A DNA stretch of 64,000 nt from an uncultured delta proteobacterium (GCA_963772835.1 CAVYYZ010000001.1:191381-255380), one strand, 5' to 3'. Shown: positions 47,633 through 57,631, numbered from the stretch's first letter. Translations and numbers: made by a program. The notes: generated by a model not told the origin, from the letters alone.

Positions 47633-47869
47633 ATGTTACTTGACGTAGTGAATGTTGAACCTTTATCGGAATATAAGCTTTCCCTTGAATTTGAAAATCA
47701 GGAGAAACGTATTTTCGATGTTACTCCTTATCTGGAGATGGGAGTTTTTCGCCAACTGAAAGATAAGAATATCTTTTCGCGGGCCTTTATTGAGGGTGGA
47801 ACAGTAATGTGGCCAGGTGAAATCGACATTGCCCCGGAAACTCTTTACGACCGCTCAACTCCACTATAA
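47633..47869 (+). CDS. DUF2442-family protein (putative antitoxin)
   Basis: VEPLSEYKLSLEFEN..GTVMWPGEIDIAPETLY. Confidence 0.88.
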   Translation: MLLDVVNVEPLSEYKLSLEFENQEKRIFDVTPYLEMGVFRQLKDKNIFSRAFIEGGTVMWPGEIDIAPETLYDRSTPL

Positions 47870-47908
47870 CCAGGGGAAAACAGAAACAAAAAAATAGGTA
47901 CGATGCAG

Positions 47909-47940
47909 AAAAAGCCGACGGAAATATCCGCCGGCCTTTG
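47909..47940. terminator. Probable terminator between convergent genes
   Basis: AAAAAGCCGACGGA-AATA-TCCGCCGGCCTTT imperfect stem. Confidence 0.6.
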
Positions 47941-47962
47941 TGTATTCTGTATGGTACGAAAA

Positions 47963-48700
47963 TCAGAAGGTGATGGCTGCCTTTAATGAATAGACGGCCT
48001 GGTCGGCATATTCGAATTCGCCGGTAATTGCCAGAAGCGGCAGCGGCGCGATGACGAGCCCGCCGAAGAAGCGCGGCACGGTGAAGCTCTCGTCTCTGAG
48101 GCCGATCGCCTGAAGATACCGTTTTGCCGAGCTCTCAACCTTCATGATGCCGGCTCCGGCATAGGGGGTGAATATGAGAAAGCCCTTGCTGACCGACGCA
48201 TCGGCTCCGTAGGTATGCAGTCCCAGATCGTCGACGCCTGCCAGTTTCGAGTAGGTGGCACGGATACCGAGCGCCGGTGTTGCGGCGGTGCCGTCAAGGA
48301 TCGCCTTGCTCACTTCGAAGCCGTACAGTTTGATGTTGCTGTCGGGAACGAATGAGTACATGGCGCCGATATCGATGCCGAGCGGCAGACCCTTGCGGAC
48401 CCGCAGTTTGGGAACGGCCAGATAGGCGGGTGCGTCGTTGTTGAAAGCGGAACTCCAGTAGATGCTGTTTTTGTCGATGCTGATGGCCGACACTTCCAGG
48501 CCGATGTCAAAGCCGGTGAGGCCGAGCGGCTCCGGCGGGGCCATGTTTTTGTAGCTGAGCAGTGAACCGGCCTGCTTGCTCAGGCTCCTGAAGTCGCTCT
48601 GACTTATGGGTGAGGTAAAATTGAGGTCAGCTGCCAAGGCCGGTGAAACTGCGTATGCCAGTACTGCCGCTGCAACTCCGCACAATAACGCTCTTTTCAT
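47963..48700 (-). CDS. Exported protein, probable outer-membrane beta-barrel
   Basis: GGAGG RBS, signal peptide (..SPALA), amphipathic beta strands and a terminal Phe. Confidence 0.7.
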   Translation of the reverse strand: MKRALLCGVAAAVLAYAVSPALAADLNFTSPISQSDFRSLSKQAGSLLSYKNMAPPEPLGLTGFDIGLEVSAISIDKNSIYWSSAFNNDAPAYLAVPKLRVRKGLPLGIDIGAMYSFVPDSNIKLYGFEVSKAILDGTAATPALGIRATYSKLAGVDDLGLHTYGADASVSKGFLIFTPYAGAGIMKVESSAKRYLQAIGLRDESFTVPRFFGGLVIAPLPLLAITGEFEYADQAVYSLKAAITF

Positions 48701-48829
48701 GTGAACCACCTCCTGCGTAAGTATGAATCGGCTGCAGTGTAGCAAAGCTTTGGAAATCGGTCAATCATTGCGAACGATCCGGTGATATTTTTTCGGGGCA
48801 GAGGCTGCTACACAGTCTTTCAATCATGT

Positions 48830-49360
48830 TGTCCACGAACGGCACGAGCAGAAGTCGCGCTTCTAAGCGAGAGAATCAAAACCAAACGACTTCAGGGATT
48901 GGTTTAACCAATAAAGATTCAGCCGTTAATCATGCCTCTTCAGAAGTTATCTGCGTCCGATAAGAAAAAAGACCAAGGTAGGAAGCCTGACCCCGAAATA
49001 TGACCTTCCGAAGTTATCTGCGTCCAAAAGGCCTGAAAGTCTTTAATAGGACGCTGATCAAGTCTGATCAAATCTGATTAACCCAAAAATCATTTTTCCG
49101 TGTATTTCCGTGTGTTCCGTGGACCCCGCCTTTGACATTCAATTCAACATTCAAAATCCAAAATCCAAAATTGCCTTTAGTCTTTCTCTGCGTTACTGCT
49201 GCGTACTCTGCGAGAGATCGCTTTTGACGTTAAATTCAGAATCAAGTGCATCTCTCGCCCGTTCGCTGCGCTCTCTAGAGGTCGCAGAGAAGATCTAAAC
49301 AAAAAGTCTATATAGGTTGGTTTGTTAAAGTGTCAAGGTAGGAAGCCTGACCCCGATGAT
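48830..49360. repeat. Mosaic repeat block 3
   Basis: GTTATCTGCGTCC..GGACGCTGATCAAGTCTGATCAAATCTGATT module, heptamers and the CTCTGCG module; CAAGGTAGGAAGCCTGACCCCGA at 48974 and 49334. Nearly identical to parts of 56400-56890. Confidence 0.9.
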
Positions 49361-49372
49361 TCTTGTTGCCGT

Positions 49373-49660
49373 TTAAACTCGTTTGAGCGCTGTTTTGTAC
49401 ACTTCATCGTTGCGTCGTGGTCCGACTGCAACAATCAGAACCTCAATAACGTCTGCGTGAACGCAATACACAATACGGACATCACCGGTACGGATACGGC
49501 GGCAACCAACAAGTTCGCCGGAAAGCGGTTTACCGGTTTTTTCCGGTTCCCCATCGCGAATGCGGGTTTCAATGGCTTTAAGCACCGCGCGAGCCTGATA
49601 TCTACCCAAATACTCCAGATCTTCAGCTACTTCATGGTGATAAATAACCCGCCAGGTCAC
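49373..49660 (-). CDS. RelE/ParE-family toxin
   Basis: GKPLSGELVGCRRIRTGDVRIVY..VGPRRNDEVY. Confidence 0.9.
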   Translation of the reverse strand: MTWRVIYHHEVAEDLEYLGRYQARAVLKAIETRIRDGEPEKTGKPLSGELVGCRRIRTGDVRIVYCVHADVIEVLIVAVGPRRNDEVYKTALKRV

Positions 49661-49953
49661 GATTCCAACTCATTGGCAAATCGTCTTAACATCTCATCAT
49701 GGCTGATCGCTTTTGAACTGTCGAAGCTGCGCAACCGATCCCGCGCCGTTAGTTGAATATGCAGATCATCCAGTTCATCCATCATCGCTTCGTACACGCT
49801 GACCGGCATCATCACAGCTGCTGGTGCATTATTCCGCATCACAACATATTTTTCCTGTTTGCCGCTGGAGAGACGATCAAAAATAGTCTTGGCAGAACGA
49901 GAAACCTCCGTTACAGAAACAGCCTGGCTGGAACGTTCAAGAAGTGCGTTCAT
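49657..49953 (-). CDS. Phd/YefM-family antitoxin
   Basis: VSVTEVSR..YVVMRNNAPAAVM; AAGGAG RBS before the ATG at 49953; overlaps the toxin gene. Confidence 0.88.
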   Translation of the reverse strand: MNALLERSSQAVSVTEVSRSAKTIFDRLSSGKQEKYVVMRNNAPAAVMMPVSVYEAMMDELDDLHIQLTARDRLRSFDSSKAISHDEMLRRFANELES

Positions 49954-50036
49954 GGTAAACTCCTTCATGGCATTTAATTATATGATTATTGTATGATTAT
50001 TATCTGGTTAGTCAAGAGGAATAATTATGAACCGGT

Positions 50037-50715
50037 ATGGAGCTACTAACTGGCTCTAAGTTGGTAATCAGGCCAATAAAACAACACACAGTTAATCATG
50101 CTTTTTCAGAAGTTATCTGCGTCCAAAAAGCCTCAAAATCCTGAATGGGACGCTGATCAAATCCGATCACATCTGATTAAACCAAAAAGCATTTTTCGTG
50201 ATTTTCGTGTATTTCGTGGACTCCGCCTTTGACGTTCAATTCAACATTCAACATTCAACATCCAACATTGAATTCATCTCTCGCCCGTTCGCTTCGCTCT
50301 CTAGAGGTCGCAGAGAAGATCTAAACAAAAAGTCTATAGCCGTTGGTATACCAAAAAAAGATTCAGCCGTTAATCATACTTTTTCAGAAGTTATCTGCGT
50401 CCAAAAAGCCTCAAAATCCTGAATGGGACGCTGATTAAATCTGATAGAATCTGATTTAATCCAAAAAGAAGCGCAGTTATCATGCCTTTAATACTATCTA
50501 ACAGGGATGAAGCGGATGAAACCTTATAACCACAGACTTTATTGGTTTAACCAGGAAAACATTTTCGGTTTACCTCCACAGCATTCTGCCTGGTTCACGC
50601 CGTTATCCCCTCTATCCCATTTATCCCTGTTACATTGCCTTTCAGGTTTACGTCGCGTCGTTGCGTCGCCGCGTGAGACCGCCTTCGCCTTCCAATCAAA
50701 CATTCAAAATTGTAT
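50037..50715. repeat. Mosaic repeat block 4
   Basis: Two copies of GTTAATCAT..CAGAAGTTATCTGCGTCCAAAAAGCCTCAAAATCCTGAATGGGACGCTGAT; an inverted GGGATGAA / ATCCC pair. Confidence 0.9.
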
Positions 50716-51975
50716 TTAAATGTTCAACAACCATTTCCAGACCGGGACCAGATGGATGTGGCAGCTTCCGACCGTTTCCGCACCCTCCTCGTTCCAGGTC
50801 AGCACCGTACCATCGGTAATGCCAAACTCCTCGGCCGCTTTGGCCAGGGCAGCAAACTCTCTTTTGCGGGTTTTCTGGTCGCTTAAGTCATAACAGACCT
50901 GAAACAGGCTGAATCCCCCGGAGGCGGTACGAACGACAAAGTCTATCTCCTTGCCGCCGGCACTCTTGAATGAGAAAAACTCATTCCCGCGACGGTACCA
51001 TTCCACCGCCACCAGATTTTCCAGCAGCCGCCCCGTATCACTACCGGTCCGGAAGCGCACTGCGTTGACCATCCCGGTGTCATACGCATATATTTTACGG
51101 GGTGCCGACATGCGCACCTTCGCCTTGGGCGAATATCGTGTCACCGACATAAACAGAAAGGCCTCTATCAGATACCCCACATAGTTCTCAACGGTATGGA
51201 CACTACGGAATGCCAGGGAGTTTTTCAGGCTGGTGCAGGTATACTCGCGTGCGACATTACCAATCAACCATCTCCCCACATCATGCAGCTTGGCGGGATA
51301 GCGTACGCTGTAGCGTTTGACCACATCCTTGAAGAGAATGCCGTCAAACAGGGCAGTCAGATATCCGGCCGGTTCGGTCCCGCGCACCACCACCTCGGGG
51401 AAACCGCCGATCCTCAGAAAATCGTCCAGCTGCTTCAGTATGAGTCCCTGACGTTCCGGCGCCGCCAGAGTCTCATCGACTGCAAAAGAACGTGCGATCA
51501 GGAATTCGGCAAAAGAAAACGGGAGAAGGCGGAACTCTACGTAACGGCCGGTCAGGTGGGTGGAAAGCTCACGGCTCAGGAGATGGGCATTGGAACCGGT
51601 CAGGATAATATTGTAACCGCGCCGCTGCAGCCGGTTGACAAATAACTCCCATCCGGTCACGTTCTGGATCTCATCAAAGAAGATCGTCCGGTTGTCGCCG
51701 TACACCTGGATCATGGCCTTCAGCAGTTCATCCAGATCAAGCGGCGGCATCAGACGTTCGTCATCGAAATTGATATAGGCGAAGTCGGAACCGGCAGCAG
51801 CAGTAAGCATCTGCAGGGCAAAGACCGATTTACCGGCGCGGCGTGGCCCGATGACGACCTTGATCAGGCCACCGGTCATGCTCTGCACCGCTTCCGCAAG
51901 ACCTGTCCGGGGGACGAAGCACCCCTTCAGCATCTCATCGCGTTCGATTCTATGACTCATGACGATATTTTTCAT
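50716..51975 (-). CDS. AAA+ ATPase of AAA_14/DUF4143 type
   Basis: GPRRAGKS, FFDEIQ, TGSNAHLL, GGFPE, KIYAYDTG, LLENLV and KEIDFV. Start uncertain (51987, 51975 or 51960). Confidence 0.9.
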   Translation of the reverse strand: MKNIVMSHRIERDEMLKGCFVPRTGLAEAVQSMTGGLIKVVIGPRRAGKSVFALQMLTAAAGSDFAYINFDDERLMPPLDLDELLKAMIQVYGDNRTIFFDEIQNVTGWELFVNRLQRRGYNIILTGSNAHLLSRELSTHLTGRYVEFRLLPFSFAEFLIARSFAVDETLAAPERQGLILKQLDDFLRIGGFPEVVVRGTEPAGYLTALFDGILFKDVVKRYSVRYPAKLHDVGRWLIGNVAREYTCTSLKNSLAFRSVHTVENYVGYLIEAFLFMSVTRYSPKAKVRMSAPRKIYAYDTGMVNAVRFRTGSDTGRLLENLVAVEWYRRGNEFFSFKSAGGKEIDFVVRTASGGFSLFQVCYDLSDQKTRKREFAALAKAAEEFGITDGTVLTWNEEGAETVGSCHIHLVPVWKWLLNI

Positions 51976-52146
51976 ATTAAAATGCACAATATATTAGTTT
52001 TTTGTGCAGTACAACATAATTAACGTCTGAAAGTGGGTGGTACAAGAGTGACCGGGTTAACATTGAGTCCAAAATCCAAAATCCAAAATTGCCTCTCACA
52101 GGTTTCCAATCCAAAATCCAAAATCCAAAATCCAAAATTGCTTCTG

Positions 52147-52228
52147 AATATGAACACGAGCAGTAGGTGGATTGGTTGTGTGAATATCCGGGAGCGGTGC
52201 AGTAGTAGCAAGGTCTGAGAGGTTTATC
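52147..52228 (-). pseudogene. Degenerate fragment of an SDR sugar epimerase (same segment as 58023-58175)
   Basis: Shares AATATGAACACGRGCAG..GGTGGAT and AGGTCTGAGAGGTTT with 58044-58170; translates as NLSDL..DIHT..ARVHI. Confidence 0.65.
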
Positions 52229-52407
52229 CTGATCTTTTTGGCTTACTTAAAATTCTTAATTCATTTTTCGTGAATTTTTCCGTGTATTTCGTGGACAACG
52301 ACCGGTGTTCAATCACCAATAGTTGTATTGTGTGTATGTCAGAGAGGGTGTGGTGCCCGGAGATGTCGGGGCAGGTCAGAATGGTTTGGCCCTAAATTCG
52401 GTTTGTT

Positions 52408-52644
52408 TCAATGAGGAATCCCGCGCAAATATAAGGTATCAGGTGAGAGGTCAATTTCATCATTCCAAACTACTGTTCCAAACACCACGGACGCTCTCAT
52501 AAATAACCCGTTTTCTTTGAGATCCGAAAATGCAGGAAAACCCAGATATGGTTTCATGTCGAACCAGCGTAATTCACCAGTTTCGAATTCTGCCAAAATA
52601 CAATAATCCGGTAAAACTTTTACTTTAACGACGTCCGGAGTCAT
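52408..52644 (-). CDS. DUF2442-family protein (second copy)
   Basis: VKVLPDYCILAEFE..GTVVWNDEIDLSPDTLY. Confidence 0.88.
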   Translation of the reverse strand: MTPDVVKVKVLPDYCILAEFETGELRWFDMKPYLGFPAFSDLKENGLFMRASVVFGTVVWNDEIDLSPDTLYLRGIPH

Positions 52645-52653
52645 ATATCCCTC

Positions 52654-52923
52654 CTAGCGCAAAGGATCAATTTTAAAAGGTGTCTGACCGCTGGTAGCCA
52701 GAATCCAGTCTGCCATAAGTTCGTCCTGATGCAGTTCCAGCCAGGCCTGCACCAATTTCATCTGTCGAGAGGGAAGATCGCCTTCCAGCAAGGCACCGTC
52801 AGGAATCTCGATCACTGCCTTAAATTCGTTGTAACGAATGTGAATGTGTGGAAGATGATGCTTCTCAGCATCAAATACATACATTGAAACCAAGATACCG
52901 TAAAACATACTGATTGTCGGCAT
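52654..52923 (-). CDS. DUF4160-family protein (second copy)
   Basis: MPTISMFYGI..HHLPHIH; 50 of 89 residues identical to the 47350 protein by manual alignment. Confidence 0.88.
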   Translation of the reverse strand: MPTISMFYGILVSMYVFDAEKHHLPHIHIRYNEFKAVIEIPDGALLEGDLPSRQMKLVQAWLELHQDELMADWILATSGQTPFKIDPLR

Positions 52924-53049
52924 AGAACCCTCCTTGAAACTGCTTCAAAGAGTATCAGTAAAGTCAGGAAATTGTCAAACAGTAGGTGAAAATTGATCTG
53001 TCCCGCTTTCTCATACCAATTTTGAATTTTGGATTTGACCCCAGTGGGC

Positions 53050-53133
53050 CTAAATAGATTTTGAATTGTTTTGATTCGTTGATTTTACTATTGAAGTTAA
53101 AATATTGACGATTGATTCCGCCTCAGACAGCAG
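53050..53133 (-). pseudogene. Alternative 3-prime end of a four-helix-bundle gene
   Basis: Translates as LLSEAESIVNILTSIVKSTNQNNSKSI*, versus LLAESDALVKILTSIVKSTNQDNSKSI* in the adjacent gene. Confidence 0.8.
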
Positions 53134-53172
53134 TTACGGCAATTTTGAATTTTGAATTTGACCCCAGTGGGC

Positions 53173-53535
53173 CTAAATGGATTTTGAATTGTCTTGATTC
53201 GTTGATTTTACTATTGAAGTGAGAATTTTTACTAAGGCATCTGATTCCGCCAGGAGCAATTCCACGTCAGTTTCATCGACGATGTTACTATCCCGCAATA
53301 GACGTAACCAGTAGCAGGTTTCTCGAGCCTCCTTTGAAGCAATTGAAATCTTCGAAACAAAATCAGCTCTACTCTGTCCCGCCTGAGCCTCCTCAACATT
53401 TGCACCAATGCTGGTACCCGACCGGAGTAACTGCTTCGACAAAACAAACTCGTTGGCTTTACAGAGCTTCCGGTAAAGAACAATAATCTGAAGCGCAAAA
53501 TCATAGCTCTTTTGTTGTATAAGGTTCTCTTTCAT
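53173..53535 (-). CDS. Four helix bundle protein (23S rRNA IVP-like family)
   Basis: KSYDFAL..LSKQLLRSGTSIGANVEEA..SRADFVSKISIASKEARETCYWL. Confidence 0.93.
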   Translation of the reverse strand: MKENLIQQKSYDFALQIIVLYRKLCKANEFVLSKQLLRSGTSIGANVEEAQAGQSRADFVSKISIASKEARETCYWLRLLRDSNIVDETDVELLLAESDALVKILTSIVKSTNQDNSKSI

Positions 53536-53660
53536 TTGTCCCCTCATTCAAAATCCAAAATTGTCTTCAACCACTTTTTTTCTGAACTATATTACCCTTC
53601 ATTTTCAGTCTTTTTTAAACTCAATATCTATACCTGAAAGTTGTATTCAGATTGTAAAAA

Positions 53661-54242
53661 TATTTCAATCCAAAATTAAAAATTGCCTTCAGTTTTCAAT
53701 CCAAAATTCAAAATTCAAAATCCAAAATTGTCTTTAAATTGCCTTCAGCTTTCAATCCAAAACTCAAAATCAAAAATCCAAAATTGTTTCCTACGGTTTC
53801 CAATCCAAAATCGCTTCTTACAGGTTTACATTCCAAAATCCAAAATCGCTTCTTACAGGTTTTCAATCCAAAATTCAAAATCCAAAATCCAAAATCGCTT
53901 CTTACAGGTTTCCAATTCAAAATTCAAAATTCAAAATCCAAAATTGTTTCCTACGGTTTTCAATTCAAAATTCAAAATTCAAAATCCAAAATTGTCTTCA
54001 AATTGCCTTCAGTTTTCAATCCAAAACTCAAAATCAAAAATCCAAAATTGTTTCCTACGGTTTTCAATTCAAAATTCAAAATTCAAAATCCAAAATCGCT
54101 TCTTACAGGTTTCCAATTCAAAATTCAAAATCCAAAATCCAAAATTGCCCTTCAGTTGCCTTAAAATTGCCTTTATTAGATTTTAAAAAGATTTCAATTC
54201 AAAATTCAAAATCCAAAATCCAAAATTGCCTTTAAATTGCCT
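53661..54242. repeat. Compound heptamer array (TCCAAAA/TTCAAAA)n with short recurrent spacers
   Basis: Short heptamer runs separated by TTGCCTTCAG, TCGCTTCTTACAGG or TTGTTTCCTACGG. Confidence 0.95.
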
Positions 54243-56108
54243 TCAATTCGCCGTCGGCGTATATTCCGGGACAATCTCGCGGAGCAGTTCCAGCAGGTGG
54301 GGGGTGTCGTTGTCAGAGGCGGCGCGGAGCAGTGCCCGCAGTTGCTGACAGAGGTCATCATAATTCTGGGGGGTAGGGGCCATGACGTGGATCATGCGGT
54401 GGGGGGTGTTGAGGATATTCTCCCCGGTGAAGAACAGCTCTTCATACAGCTTTTCTCCCGGGCGGAGGCCGCTGTAGACAAATTCGATATCGGTGTGGGG
54501 GGTCATGCCGGAGAGCCGTACCAGCTGCTCGGCCAGTTCCACGATCCGGACCGGCTCACCCATGTCGAGCACAAAAATTTCGCCGCCGTTGCCGAAGCAG
54601 GCGGATTGCAGCACCAGCTGGCTCGCCTCCGGGATCGTCATGAAAAAGCGGGTCACATCCGGGTGGGTGATCGTCAGCGGGCCTCCGGCGCGGATCTGCT
54701 CCATGAACAGCGGGATCACGCTGCCGTTGCTCCCCAGCACATTGCCGAAGCGCACCGTCGAAAACTTGGTGTGGCTCCCCTCGGAAAGGGCCTGGATGAA
54801 CTTCTCCGCCACCCGCTTGGTCGTCCCCATGACGTTGGTCGGATTAACCGCCTTGTCGGTGGAGATCATCACGAAATTGCGCACCCCGAACTGCTGGGAT
54901 ACGGTCGCCATATTCATGCTCCCCATAACGTTGCAGAGCACCCCCTCCACCGGGTTATGCTCCACCAGCGGCACATGCTTGTAGGCGGCGGCGTGGAACA
55001 CGACCTGCGGCGTGATCTCGTCAAAAATATGCTCCAGCCGCTCCAGATTGCGCACATCGCAGATGAACGGCACAATGCGCAGCTCCGGATGCCGGGCCGT
55101 CAGCTCCCGCTCGATATAAAACAGCGGCGTCTCGGCCGAATCCACCAGCACGATCATCGCCGGTGAATAGCGGGCCACCTGCCGGCAGATCTCGCTGCCG
55201 ATGCTCCCCGCGGCCCCGCTCACCAGCACCCGCATCCCGCCCAGATACGCGCCGATGGCGCCGTCGTCCAGGGCCACCGGTGTCCGTCCCAGCAGGTCCT
55301 CGATCTCCACATCCCTGATATGGGAAACCTTCACATTCCCCTTGATGATCTCGCTCAGGCCGGGGATGATCTTGAACTGCACCCCCGACTGCTGGCACTT
55401 GTTCACCAGATTCCGCACGAACTTCGGTCCGACCGACGGCACCGCGATGATCACCTTCTCGATGTCGTGCTTCGCGATGACCTCGCCCAGCTCCGCCGTC
55501 GTGCCGAGAACCTCCACCCCCATCATGCGCATACCCTGCTTCTGCAGATCATCGTCAACAAAGCCGATCACCCGGTAGGGTGAAGAAGCCTGCTTCTGGA
55601 TCTCGCGCAGCAGCATGTTGCCGGCATCGCCGGCCCCGATGATCAGGGTGCGGCGGGTAACTCCGTTCTCATGGTGGTTGTTGTTGTTGTTGTTGTACAG
55701 TCCTTTCGGTGCGGAGCGGCGCTCCCGGTAGACGCGCCACACGAGACGGGACGCCGCCACCTGCACCATCAGCAGCCCCGCGTCCAGCACAAAGACCACC
55801 CTCGAGAAGTGTGCCCCGTGACGGAAGAAAAACAGTGCCAGCGAACTCACGATAACGGCGATGGAAACGGTCTTGAAGATCTCCATCATATCGTGCAGAG
55901 AAGCGTATCGCCAGATGCTGCGGTACAGGGATGAGGTAAGGAAGACAATCGCCTGGACGGCGATCACCGTGGTTACCACGTACGTCAGAAAGAAGGGGGT
56001 GAATGCAGCGGTACTAAAATCCTCGGCCAGCAGCCAGGCAACAAAATAGGACTCGACGATCAGGAAGAGGTCGAGGAAAAAGACAAGAAAACGTTTTGAT
56101 GTCTGCAT
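54243..56108 (-). CDS. Membrane-bound UDP-GlcNAc 4,6-dehydratase (CapD/WbpM/PglF family)
   Basis: Four N-terminal TMs; GAGDAG, IEDLLGR, GAAGSIGSE, FHAAAYKHVP, STDKAVNP, RFGNVLGS and LRPGEKLYEE. Confidence 0.95.
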   Translation of the reverse strand: MQTSKRFLVFFLDLFLIVESYFVAWLLAEDFSTAAFTPFFLTYVVTTVIAVQAIVFLTSSLYRSIWRYASLHDMMEIFKTVSIAVIVSSLALFFFRHGAHFSRVVFVLDAGLLMVQVAASRLVWRVYRERRSAPKGLYNNNNNNHHENGVTRRTLIIGAGDAGNMLLREIQKQASSPYRVIGFVDDDLQKQGMRMMGVEVLGTTAELGEVIAKHDIEKVIIAVPSVGPKFVRNLVNKCQQSGVQFKIIPGLSEIIKGNVKVSHIRDVEIEDLLGRTPVALDDGAIGAYLGGMRVLVSGAAGSIGSEICRQVARYSPAMIVLVDSAETPLFYIERELTARHPELRIVPFICDVRNLERLEHIFDEITPQVVFHAAAYKHVPLVEHNPVEGVLCNVMGSMNMATVSQQFGVRNFVMISTDKAVNPTNVMGTTKRVAEKFIQALSEGSHTKFSTVRFGNVLGSNGSVIPLFMEQIRAGGPLTITHPDVTRFFMTIPEASQLVLQSACFGNGGEIFVLDMGEPVRIVELAEQLVRLSGMTPHTDIEFVYSGLRPGEKLYEELFFTGENILNTPHRMIHVMAPTPQNYDDLCQQLRALLRAASDNDTPHLLELLREIVPEYTPTAN

Positions 56109-56209
56109 AGCGGGACTCCGAAGGGTAGTGCGGGAAACGTATCACAAAACAGGAGTCTTAGAAATAATTTTAATAAGTAGGAGACGGAGATTGAAAAAAG
56201 CCATCAGTC

Positions 56210-56940
56210 ATTGGTACGCTGATCAAGTCTGATAAAATCTGATTAAACAGTAGACCAGACTTTTTGCTTAAATCATGCCTTTTCAGATGTTATCTGCGTC
56301 CAAAAAGTCTGTAAGTCTTTAATAGGACGCTGATCAAGTCCGATCAAATCTGATCAAACAGTAGACCAGGCTTTTCGCTTAAATCATGCCTTTTCAGATG
56401 TTATCTGCGTCCAAAAGGCCTGAAAGTCTTTAATAGGACGCTGATCAAGTCCGATAAAATCTGATTAACCCAAAAATCATTTTTCCGTGTATTTCCGTGT
56501 GTTCCGTGGACCCCGCCTTTGACATTCAATTCAACATTCAACATTCAAAATCCAACATTGAATTCATCTCTCGCCCGTTCGCTCCGCTCTCTAGAGAACG
56601 CAGAGGAAATCAAAACCAAAAGTCTGAAGCGATTGGTTTACCCGCAAAAAAGATTCCGCCGTTAATCATGCTTTTTCAGAAGTTATCTGCGTCCAAAAAG
56701 CCTTAAAATCCTGAATGGGACGCTGATCAAGTCCGATCAAATCTGATTAAACCAAAAAGCATTTTTCGTGATTTTCGTGGACTCCGCCTTTGACATTCAA
56801 TTCAACATTCAAAATCCAAAATCCAAAATCCAAAATTGCCTTTAGTCTTTCTCTGCGTACCTCTGCGTACTCTGCGAGAGATCGCCTTTCGCCTTTCAAT
56901 TCAGAATTCAAAATCCAAAATTCAAAATTCAAAATTGCAG
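56210..56940. repeat. Mosaic repeat block with repeated ATCTGCGTCC / GGACGCTGAT modules, heptamers and the CTCTGCG module
   Basis: Direct near-identity to 49010-49230 and 50090-50460. Confidence 0.92.
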
Positions 56941-57186
56941 TTAATGTGTTACGCCTTCCTTCCGAATCACCTTTACGAAGGTCAACACAATAATTTTCAA
57001 ATCCAACAGAAACGACCGATTCTCCAGATACCACTTGAAGATGGTGTTGTTGCGCCCGACGCGGTCGGACCAGTAAAGGATAGGTCCGGGGGACGTGAGT
57101 TTTACCAAGGCGGCGATGATGAACATCAGCGGGCTCAGCACTGCAAGAGCAATCAATGAAGAAAAAAAATCAAAGGTCCGTTTCAT
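56941..57186 (-). pseudogene. Internally deleted bacterial sugar transferase (N-terminal about 51 aa fused in frame to C-terminal about 30 aa)
   Basis: MKRTFDF..KLTSPGPILYWSDRVGRNNTIFK joined to WYLENRSFLLDLKIIVLT..EGVTH; the catalytic DELPQL / VGPRP core is missing. Confidence 0.85.
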
Positions 57187-57262
57187 ATTTGTCCACGAAA
57201 TACCCGAAATACGCTAACAAAGTCGGTGAAGCCGTAATTCATGTGTGCTGTCACTGCTGTCA

Positions 57263-57631
57263 CTATGTCGTTGGAAATAAATTCTTCCCCTTTTCCTCCC
57301 AGAGGCGGATCAATGTGCCGGTTTTTCTGGAACCGACTCCATGCCAAAGCGAAACCAGACCAAGATAGTCATCAGTTATCTCGTAAATAAGACAATACAT
57401 GACCGGACCTGAATCAAAATATAATTCCCGTAGAACCACATGCTGGTCTGCAAGCAGATACGGTGCAACAGTACCTGCCATGTTGTTACCGGTAAGAAGC
57501 GCTTCCGCAGCCTCCACTCTTGAAAGAAATAAATCAGAAATTTCCAGTCTGTACCGTTCTGCCAATCCCTGTGCATACGATTTTACTCTGGACGTATATT
57601 CACTGGAACGCTTAAGCGGTTTTTTTTTCAT
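57263..57631 (-). CDS. Putative ParE/RelE-like toxin (divergent)
   Basis: ..DLFLSRVEAAEALL..GPVMYCLIYEI..LVSLWHG follows the ParE pattern; overlaps the upstream RHH gene. Confidence 0.6.
   Translation of the reverse strand: MKKKPLKRSSEYTSRVKSYAQGLAERYRLEISDLFLSRVEAAEALLTGNNMAGTVAPYLLADQHVVLRELYFDSGPVMYCLIYEITDDYLGLVSLWHGVGSRKTGTLIRLWEEKGKNLFPTT

Noticed and set aside
53050..53260. DGR template/variable repeat pair next to an Avd-like gene
   Set aside because: The differences are not confined to adenines and look like ordinary homolog divergence; no reverse transcriptase is in the window.
53683..54186. ORFs with NPKSKI / QNSKFK periodicity, and the VQGSRFK ORF at 63703-63918
   Set aside because: These are translation artefacts of heptamer arrays (7-aa period), with no RBS or domain evidence.
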